64,000 nt of DNA, taken from contig OZ024740.1 in NCBI GenBank assembly GCA_964016885.1, positions 106,578,001 to 106,642,000 of the forward strand. The letters are read 5' to 3'. Positions 1 to 9,962 of this stretch are shown here, in pieces. The position numbers and the translations under genes were made by a program. Each line of letters opens with the position of its first letter. Position 1 is the first letter of the stretch. The notes below the pieces were generated by a model. The model saw only the letters and a list, made by a program, of their open reading frames with translations. It ran no database searches and was not told the DNA's origin. The DNA is from Eledone cirrhosa (taxonomy: Eukaryota).

Positions 1-136
1 ATTACTGGTACTTTTTTTTATCGACCCTGTAAGGATGAAAGGCAAAGTCAACCTCGGCGGGATTTGAACTCAGATCGTAAAGGGACGTAACTATGCTGGA
101 AAGCATGGCGTCCGACCCTCTACCGATACTGCCAAT
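1..136 (-). mobile_element. tRNA-derived SINE, 5' portion (continues past the left window edge)
   Basis: The reverse complement reads ATTGGCAGTATCGGTAG (A-box-like TGGCAGTATCGG, 123-134), then GAGTTCAAATCCC (B-box GTTCRANNC, about 59-71), then GAGGTTGACTTTGCCTTTCATCCTTACAGGGTCGATAAAAAAAAGTACCAGT. From memory, the last segment matches a body motif of abundant octopus SINEs. The family name was not verified. Confidence 0.8.
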
Positions 137-138
137 CC

Positions 139-520
139 TAATAATAATAATGCCCGTTTACAATTGTTTCGCTACTCCGTATAATATTTCTGGATCAGAT
201 GACTATGTATCATAATTGATCTGGTTCAGTTGAAAATAATTAACATATCTCACACAATGCAGCCTCGACAGATGAGTACTGCTTGATTATGGCTGACAGT
301 TGATGAAACAAAGGCACCATAGTAAAAACTAATATATGGAACATTATATTATGTAACATTATTTTAATTTATATTCCTTTTAGTTCCAATGAGCCACTCT
401 GTTTTTTTAAATATGTTAATTATTTTCAACTGAACCAGATCAATTATGATACATAGTGATCTGATCCAGAAATATAATACGGAGTAGCGAAACAATTGTA
501 AACGGGCATTATTATTATTA
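139..520. mobile_element. MITE-like non-autonomous element with 110-bp terminal inverted repeats
   Basis: 139-248 (taataataataatgcccgtttacaattg...gaaaataattaacatat) is the reverse complement of 411-520 with 2 mismatches. The spacer is 162 bp (249-410) and there is no ORF. A TA target duplication is possible at 139-140/519-520 but ambiguous because the ends lie in (TAA)n/(TTA)n. Confidence 0.7.
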
Positions 521-540
521 ATATTATTATTATTATTATT
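508..540. repeat. (ATT)n microsatellite
   Basis: attattattatta atattattattattattatt, read directly; overlaps the right arm of the inverted repeat. Confidence 0.9.
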
Positions 541-677
541 CTCTACATTCCTTATATCAAACTAAATATGTTGACAATCTTTTAATAATGTCTTCCTTGT
601 GAAATTTGTGGTCTTGTTTTGCCTAACTAATGAATATTTCCAGCTCTGCGCACCTAACCTCGGCATGAACCCAGCCA

Positions 678-744
678 CCTAGCTGCTTTCTACTGCATAT
701 TGCACATTGCGCACATGTGCAATATGCAGTAGAAAGCAGCTAGG
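678..744. repeat. Perfect 30-bp inverted repeat with a 7-nt loop (hairpin)
   Basis: cctagctgctttctactgcatattgcacat (678-707), loop tgcgcac (708-714), atgtgcaatatgcagtagaaagcagctagg (715-744). The arms are exact reverse complements. Confidence 0.9.
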
Positions 745-838
745 CTTTGGCTTCTAACTAACTCACCAATCTTTCCTCTCATATCTCCTCTACTATCTCA
801 ATCTCTCTCTTTAAGATTGGTTACTCTTGAACTGTGTG

Positions 839-997
<159 letters not shown>

Positions 998-1175
998 TGG
1001 TAAACGGAATAGAAAATGCTGACAAATTGTTCACAGTGGAAAATAGTTTAATTAGGAATAAGTGATAATTAGTAATAGTATTGGTTAGTATTAAGTTTTA
1101 GTTTTAAGTTTTACCGGTTGCGCATTTCTAATGCTTTTCAAATATAATTTTGAGATAGAGCGTCCGTGATGTTTG

Positions 1176-1180
<5 letters not shown>

Positions 1181-1224
<44 letters not shown>
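1181..1224. repeat. (AT)n microsatellite
   Basis: Pure AT run, read directly. Confidence 0.97.
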
Positions 1225-1229
<5 letters not shown>

Positions 1230-1435
1230 AATTAAATCAAATTGTTTAGAACTACAAGTGAAGTCATTCTTTTCCTTTTATCAAATATATTTATTTATAT
1301 ATATATATTATATGAACGGTATCAATTTTAATGTGCCAAGACCGTAGATATTTGCAGAGGTTGACTGCGGAGATGGACTGTCCGTATTTCTATTGTATTT
1401 TTTTTTTGTATTTTCCTGTGCGCCACATATTTTGA

Positions 1436-1474
<39 letters not shown>
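1436..1474. repeat. (AT)n microsatellite
   Basis: AT run with one G interruption. Confidence 0.95.
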
Positions 1475-1518
1475 GGAACGAGTAGGACCCCGACGGCTGA
1501 GCTCCTACACGTTCCTAT
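1472..1518. other. 16-bp stem hairpin at the edge of a 120-bp higher-GC island between (TA)n tracts
   Basis: ataggaacgagtagga (1472-1487) pairs with tcctacacgttcctat (1503-1518) with one mismatch. The loop is ccccgacggctgagc. Confidence 0.6.
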
Positions 1519-1649
1519 CACCCACTCTACTACCCTAAGTATTGAGTACTTTGGTGCGTTATGGTCCATGTGGTTCCTTACCACTTTTCCTTCATTATAT
1601 ATATATACTGACAGATACACATATGTATATACATAAATAAATATAAATA

Positions 1650-1810
1650 AATTGTGTATGTGTGTCTGCATGAGTGCGTTTGTTTGTATTTGTAAGAGAG
1701 ATTGTGAGTGTTTACGTGTGTGTGTGTGCGTAAGTGGGTGTATGAGTATATGTGCGTGTGTATGTACGTGTGTGTTTGTTGTGTTACGCATGAGTGTGTG
1801 TATGCGTGTA
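1650..1810. repeat. Degenerate (GT)n-rich microsatellite
   Basis: Mixed tgtgtg/tgcgtg/tgtatg runs. This accounts for the HTHTH-rich minus-strand ORF 1390..1791. Confidence 0.85.
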
Positions 1811-2208
1811 TCCTTATGAATCCATGAGCGTGAGCTTTTCCCGAGCCTTGTTATTTACATCAATAATACTATATTGTCTATGCTAAGACGAGGAAAACGT
1901 TTAAAAACTAACTATATTATTTCTGGGTTCTGTTCGACAAGTTTTAATCAATAAATCACTTTTAATAATTAGGTAAGTGAAATGGCAATGTCAACATAAC
2001 ATTTAATAAGCAACCTTTTTAAACGACAAACAAAAAACTTCCTTTTAAGATCCATGTGAAATGTATTCACGTTTACATCAATGCTTAGATTTAAGTACAT
2101 GTATAATATTATGCTGATGTCAGGAATAATATGCATTTGTATAACGACATATGTATTATAATTATCTCTCTATATATATGTGTGTGTGTGTGCGTGTACG
2201 TATGTATG

Positions 2209-3110
2209 GATATTCTCCTGGTCTCGTTATTTTATAAATGTTTACCAATAGAAAGAGAACCAGTTTCTAGCATAGACACAAGACTCTTTCATTGGAATTT
2301 ACACAACATCAACTAGGCAGATATGTATGCATGTTTGCTTGCATGCGTCTGTGTGCAGGTATGGATGTTATTGTATAAGTGGATTGTATGATTTGAATTA
2401 TATGTCTGCTTTGTATCTGTACAAGTGTATATGCAGTTATTGCATGCAGAATTTTGGGAATGTTTTACATATTTTTATTGTACTTGTAATTTCCTACTTA
2501 GTCGTGTTCTTTCTGGTTCTGCAAAGCCCAGCTTCTCAAGATTTGTACTGAGACAGTTACTAATATATCCCAGTGTCCCAATAATCACTGGTATAAATCT
2601 GAAGGTATAGTCGGGGTGGAGTATCTGTAGATTTCTCATTAGTTCTGCATAGATATTCTCCTTTTCACTAATCTTCAATATTACATTGGCATTCTCTGGG
2701 AAGCTGACTTCCACTACTCTGCATGCCTTCTTTACCGTGTCCAATATCACTATACCTGCTCTGTTATGCTTCCAATTTATTGGGGTTTTGACTGGAACAT
2801 TCCACTACTACTCTTTCATATTATTCATGTATATGTCTTCCACATTGCTGTAACTTTCAATATGTTTATTTTCGGGGCTATCTTTTCTACGATTTGCATT
2901 GTACAGTGTTTTGGCCACTGCATCATGCCTCATAGGTAGATAGTACCGTGATGACATCTTTCGACAGCTGCTTATGACATGGGTGACATCTTCGATGTTA
3001 ATTCTTCAGAGTTTCCATTTGTTGTCATATCTAGGTGTTTTGCCTGCATCCCTATCTCTTTTGTGAATCAGGTATTTCGTATTGATTTCCTGTTGTTGGA
3101 CTGCAAAATT
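2209..3110 (-). mobile_element. 5'-truncated non-LTR retrotransposon with restriction-like endonuclease (R2 superfamily, probably R4/Dong-like)
   Basis: The minus strand encodes a decayed CCHC knuckle, an RHD motif and a PD-(D/E)xK RLE domain (see the pseudogene entry). About 230 bp of putative 3' UTR follows, ending at a catacatac tract (about 2196-2208). The truncated 5' end abuts (GTAT)5 at 3111-3130. Boundaries are inferred from these tracts, and the clade assignment is from motif resemblance only. Confidence 0.85.
2437..3107 (-). pseudogene. Decayed C-terminus of a retrotransposon ORF (zinc knuckle plus RLE endonuclease)
   Basis: Hand translation in one frame: FAVQQQEINTKYLIHKRDRDAGKTPRYDNKWKL*RINIEDVTHVISSCRKMSSRYYLPMRHDAVAKTLY...MKE**WNVPVKTPINWKHNRAGIVILDTVKKACRVVEVSFPENANVILKISEKENIYAEL...IPVIIGTLGYI...RKLQVQ, then TIKICKTFPKFCMQ* in a shifted frame. 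WKL*...H...C is a broken CxxC-H-C knuckle. RHD is at 2922-2930. HNRAGIVI corresponds to canonical HNRPDIVI. Stops occur at 3006-3008 and 2805-2810. Confidence 0.88.
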
Positions 3111-3130
3111 GTATGTATGTATGTATGTAT
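3111..3130. repeat. (GTAT)5 microsatellite
   Basis: gtatgtatgtatgtatgtat immediately beyond the truncated end of the retrotransposon. Confidence 0.95.
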
Positions 3131-3355
3131 CAAACATAACAATGAAAAGATAAAAAGATGACATTTGTATGTATATATGTACATACATAAGTGTAACTGT
3201 CTTTCAATATCCAGTGTTTGATTTCAGTCGCCGATATCTAACATATCAATACTAATTCTTGAATATGTTTTCCTATTTTTCTCATTCATTAAATTCTTTA
3301 TGCGAAAAAGTATTTTCTGTTATTCTTGCAGATTCTATTTCCAGCATTAATTATA

Positions 3356-3439
3356 CCATACTCACCTCCATATATTATCTATGCCATACTCACCTCCATA
3401 TATAACCTATACCTTACTTACTTCTGTATATTACTTGAA
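3356..3439. repeat. About 3 degenerate copies of a 28-bp unit related to the 24-bp satellite
   Basis: ccatactcacctccatatattatctatg (3356-3383), ccatactcacctccatatataacctata (3384-3411), ccttacttacttctgtatattacttgaa (3412-3439). The first two share the cacctccatatattacctata core of the satellite with 1-2 substitutions each. Confidence 0.85.
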
Positions 3440-3453
3440 TAATATTCTAATCT

Positions 3454-3700
3454 AAAGTCTGTCTTCAGCCAGGATGCTCGTTAGGCCGGTGCTTATCCCG
3501 GTTTCATGGTGTGAAGCGACTGACAGTACAAGACTCCCCACTGGACGGGACGCCAGTCCATCGCAAGTTTAAACCTCCAGCTGAGTATACTGAAATGAAG
3601 TGTTTTGCTCAAGAACCCAACACGCATTCCATCCCAGAAATCGAACCCACGACATTATGATCGTAAGTCCAACACCCTTACCACTAAGCCTCGTGCCTCC
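3454..3700 (-). mobile_element. tRNA-derived SINE, near full length
   Basis: The reverse complement starts GGAGGCACGAGGCTTAGTGGTAAGG (A-box GGCTTAGTGG, 3681-3690), then GGGTTCGATTT (B-box, 3638-3648), GTTCTTGAGCAAAACACTT (CORE-like), GCGATGGACTGGCGTCCCGTCCAG and GAAACCGGGATAAGCACCGGCCT. I recall these segments from invertebrate/fish SINE bodies. It is a different family from the SINE at 1-136. Confidence 0.85.
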
Positions 3701-5399
3701 ACTCATCTCCATATATTATCTATATCACACCTCCATGTATTACCTATATCACACCTTCATATATTACCTATATCACATCTCCATATATTACCTATATCAC
3801 ATCTCTATATATTACCTATATCACATCTCCATATATTACCTATATCACATCTCCATATATTACCTATATCACACCTCCATATATTACCTATATCACAACT
3901 CCATATATTATCTATATCACACCTCCATATATTACCTATCTGACATTTCCATATATTACCTATATCATACCTCCATATATTACCTATATCACACCTCCAT
4001 ATATTATCTATATCACACCTCCATATATTACCTATATCACACCTCCATATATTAACTATATCACATCTCCATATATTACCTATATCACATCTCCATATAT
4101 TACCTATATCATACCTCCATATATTACCTATATCACACCTCCATATATTACCTATATCACACCTCCATATATTACCTATATCACACCTCCATATATTACC
4201 TATATCACATCTCCATATATTACCTATATCATACCTCCATATATTATCTATATCACACCTCCATATATTACCTATCTCACATCTCCATATATTACCTATA
4301 TCACACCTCCATATATTACCTATATCACACCTCCATAAATTACCTATATCACATCTCCATATATTACCTATATCATACCTCCATATATCATCTATATCAC
4401 ACCTCCATATATTACCTATCTCACATCTCCATATATTACCTATATCACACCTCCATATATTACCTATATTACACCTCCATATATTACCTATATCACACCT
4501 CCATATATTACCTATATCACATCTCCATATATTACCTATATCATACCTCCATGTATTACCTATATCACACCTCCATATATTACCTATATCACACCTCCAT
4601 ATATTACCTATATCACATCTCCATATATTACCTATATCACATCTCCATATATTACCTATATCACACCTCCATATATTACCTATATCACACCTCCATATAT
4701 TACCTATATCACATCTCCATATATTACCTATATCACACCTACATATATTACCTATATCATACCTCCATGTATTACCTATATCACACCTCCATATATTACC
4801 AATATCACACCTCCATATATTACCTATATCACACCTCCATATATTACCTATATCACACCTCCATATATTACCAATATCACACCTCCATATATTACCTATA
4901 TCACACCTCCATATATTACCTATATCACACCTCCATATATTGCCTATATCACATCTCCATATATTACCTATATCACACCTCCATATATTACCTATATCAC
5001 ACCTCCATATATTATCTATATCACACCTCCATATATTACCTATATCACATCTCCATATATTACCTATATCACACCTCCATATATTACCTATATCACACCT
5101 CCATATATTATCTATATCACACCTCCATATATTACCTATATCACATCTCCATATATTACTTATATCACACCTCCATATATTACCTATATCACACCTCCAT
5201 ATATTATCTATATCACACCTCCATATATTACCTATATCACATCTCCATATATTACCTATATCACACCTCCATATATTATCTATATCACAACTCCATATAT
5301 TACCTATATCATACCTCCATGTATTACCTATATCACACCTCCATATATTACCTATATCACATCTCCATATATTACCTATATCACACCTCCATATATTAT

Positions 5400-6060
5400 C
5401 TATATCACAACTCCATATATTACCTATATCACACCTCCATATATTACCTATATCATACCTCCATATATTACCTATATCACATCTCCATATATTACCTATA
5501 TCACACCTCCATATATTACCTATATCACACCTCCATATATTACCTATATCACATCTCCATATATTACCTATATCACACCTCCATATATTATCTATATCAC
5601 AACTCCATATATTACCTATATCACACCTCCATATATTACCTATATCATACCTCCATATATTACCTATATCACATCTCCATATATTACCTATATCACACCT
5701 CCATATATTACCTATATCACACCTCCATATATTACCTATATCACATCTCCATATATTACCTATATCACACCTCCATATATTATCTATATCACAACTCCAT
5801 ATATTACCTATATCACACCTCCATATATTACCTATATCATACCTCCATATATTACCTATATCACATCTCCATATATTACCTATATCACACCTCCATATAT
5901 TACCTATATCACACCTCCATATATTACCTATATCACATCTCCATATATTACCTATATCACACCTCCATATATTATCTATATCACAACTCCATATATTACC
6001 TATATCACACCTCCATATATTACCTATATCATACCTCCATATATTACCTATATCACATCT
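5400..6060. repeat. Local 8-monomer (192-bp) higher-order repeat, about 3.5 copies
   Basis: The diagnostic cacaactcc variant occurs at 5410, 5602, 5794 and 5986 (spacing 192) with the same intervening variant order. Confidence 0.9.
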
Positions 6061-8978
6061 CCATATATTACCTATATCACATCTCCATATATGACCTATA
6101 TCACACCTCCACATATTACCTATATCACATCTCCATATATTACCTATATCACATCTCCATATATTACATATATCATACCTCCATATATTACCTATATCAC
6201 ATCTCCATATATTACCTATATCACATCTCCATATATTACCTATATCACATCTCCCTATATTACCTATATCACACCTCCATATATTACCTATATAACACCT
6301 CCATATATTACCTATATCACATCTCCATATATTACCTATATCACATCTCCATATATCACCTATATCACACCTCCATATATTACCTATATCACACCTCCAT
6401 ATATTACCTATATCACATCTCCATATATATCATATATCACACCTCCATATATTATCTATATCACAACTCCATATATTACCTATATCATACCTCCATGTAT
6501 TACCTATAAAACACCTCCATATATTACCTATATCACATCTCCATATATTACCTATATCACACCTCCATATATTACCTATATCACACATCCATATATTATC
6601 TATATCACATCTCCATATATTACCTGTATCACATCTCCATATATTACCTATATCACACCTCCATATATTACCTATATCACATCTCCATATATTACCTATA
6701 TCACATCTCCATATATGACCTATATCACACCTCCATATATTACCTATATCACATCTCCATATATTACCTATATCACATCTCCATATATGACCTATATCAC
6801 ACCTCCATATATTACCTATATCACATCTCCTTATATTACCTATATCATACCTCCATATATTACCTATATCACACCTCCATATATTACCTATATCACATCT
6901 CCATATATTACCTATATCACACCTCCATATATTACCTATATCACACCTCCATATATTACCTATATCATACCTCCATATATTTCCTATATCACACCTCCAT
7001 ATATTACCTATATCACATCGCCATATATTATCTATATCACACCTCCATATATTACCTATATCACATCTCCATATATTACCTATATCACATCTCCATATAT
7101 TACCTATATCACACCTCCATATATTACCTATATCACATCCCCATATATTACTTATATCACACCTCCATATATTACCTATATCACATCTCCATATATTACC
7201 AATATCACACCTCCATATATTACCTATATCATACCTCCATATATTACCTATATCACACCTCCATATATTACCTATATCACACCTCCATATATTACCTATA
7301 TCACACCTCCATATATTACCTATATCATACCTCCATGTATTCCCTATATCACACCTCCATATATTACCTATATCACATCTCCATATATTACCTATATCAC
7401 ATCTCCATATATATCATATATCACACCTCCATATATTATCTATATCACAACTCCATATATTACCTATATCACATCTCCATATATTACCTATATCACACCT
7501 CCATATATTACCTATATCACACCTCCATATATTACCTATATCATACCTCCATATATTTCCTATATCACACCTCCATATATTACCTATATCACATCGCCAT
7601 ATATTATCTATATCACACCTCCATATATTACCTATATCACATCTCCATATATTACCTATATCACATCTCCATATATTACCTATATCACACCTCCATATAT
7701 TACCTATATCACATCCCCATATATTACTTATATCACACCTCCATATATTACCTATATCACATCTCCATATATTACCAATATCACACCTCCATATATTACC
7801 TATATCATACCTCCATATATTACCTATATCACACCTCCATATATTACCTATATCACACCTCCATATATTACCTATATCACACCTCCATATATTACCTATA
7901 TCATACCTCCATGTATTCCCTATATCACACCTCCATATATTACCTATATCACATCTCCATATATTACCTATATCACATCTCCATATATATCATATATCAC
8001 ACCTCCATATATTACCTATATCACATCTCCATATATTACCTATATCACATCTCCATATATTACCTATATCACACCTCCATATATTACCTATATCACACCT
8101 CCATATATTACTTATATCACACCTCCATATATTACCTATATCACACCTCCATATATTATCTATATCACACCTCCATATATTACCTATATCACATCTCCAT
8201 ATATTACCTATATCACACCTCCATATATTATCTATATCACAACTCCATATATTACCTATATCATACCTCCATGTATTACCTATATCACACCTCCATATAT
8301 TACCTATATCACATCTCCATATATTACCTATATCACACCTCCATATATTATCTATATCACAACTCCATATATTACCTATATCATACCTCCATGTATTACC
8401 TATATCACACCTCCATATATTACCTATATCACATCTCCATATATTACCTATATCACACCTCCATATATTACCTATATCACACCTCCATATATTACCTATA
8501 TCACATCTCCATATATTACCTATATCACATCTCCATTTATTACCTATATCACATCTCCATATATGACCTATATCACACCTCCACATATTACCTATATCAC
8601 ATCTCCATATATTACCTATATCACATCTCCATATATTACATATATCATACCTCCATATATTACCTATATCACATCTCCATATATTACCTATATCACATCT
8701 CCATATATTACCTATATCACATCTCCATATATTACCTATATCACACCTCCATATATTACCTATATAACACCTCCATATATTACCTATATCACATCTCCAT
8801 ATATTACCTATATCACATCTCCATATATTACCTATATCACACCTCCATATATTACCTATATCACACCTCCATATATTACCTATATCACATCTCCATATAT
8901 ATCATATATCACACCTCCATATATTATCTATATCACAACTCCATATATTACCTATATCATACCTCCATGTATTACCTA

Positions 8979-9962
8979 TAAAACACCTCCATATATTACC
9001 TATATCACATCTCCATATATTACCTATATCACACCTCCATATATTACCTATATCACACCTCCATATATTATCTATATCACATCTCCATATATTACCTGTA
9101 TCACATCTCCATATATTACCTATATCACACCTCCATATATTACCTATATCACATCTCCATATATTACCTATATCACATCTCCATATATGACCTATATCAC
9201 ACCTCCATATATTACCTATATCACATCTCCATATATTACCTATATCACATCTCCATATATGACCTATATCACACCTCCATATATTACCTATATCACATCT
9301 CCTTATATTACCTATATCATACCTCCATATATTACCTATATCACACCTCCATATATTACCTATATCACATCTCCATATATTACCTATATCACACCTCCAT
9401 ATATTACCTATATCACACCTCCATATATTACCTATATCATACCTCCATATATTTCCTATATCACACCTCCATATATTACCTATATCACATCGCCATATAT
9501 TATCTATATCACACCTCCATATATTACCTATATCACATCTCCATATATTACCTATATCACATCTCCATATATTACCTATATCACACCTCCATATATTACC
9601 TATATCACATCCCCATATATTACTTATATCACACCTCCATATATTACCTATATCACATCTCCATATATTACCAATATCACACCTCCATATATTACCTATA
9701 TCATACCTCCATATATTACCTATATCACACCTCCATATATTACCTATATCACACCTCCATATATTACCTATATCACACCTCCATATATTACCTATATCAT
9801 ACCTCCATGTATTCCCTATATCACACCTCCATATATTACCTATATCACATCTCCATATATTACCTATATCACATCTCCATATATATCATATATCACACCT
9901 CCATATATTATCTATATCACAACTCCATATATTACCTATATCATACCTCCATGTATTACCTA
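8979..9962. repeat. Exemplar of the 41-monomer (984-bp) higher-order unit
   Basis: The ctataaaacacc marker recurs exactly 984 bp apart at 8981/9965, 32165/33149, 43468/44452 and 57654/58638, with a conserved internal order of variants. Confidence 0.85.

Noticed and set aside
249-410. Hammerhead ribozyme or Penelope-like pLTR inside the inverted repeat
   Set aside because: I could not find a CUGANGA...GAAA core with proper flanking stems on either strand by eye. An Infernal or RNAMotif search would be needed to exclude it fully.
2131-3188. Short plus-strand ORFs, and minus ORFs 2475..2750 and 3006..3188 as independent genes
   Set aside because: The plus ORFs are antisense to the retrotransposon or run through microsatellite. 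The two minus ORFs are in-frame pieces of a single decayed RLE ORF.
3630-3700. tRNA gene on the minus strand (likewise at about 55-136)
   Set aside because: A and B boxes are present, but I could not form a full cloverleaf with an acceptor stem, and both continue into SINE body sequence. They are SINE heads.
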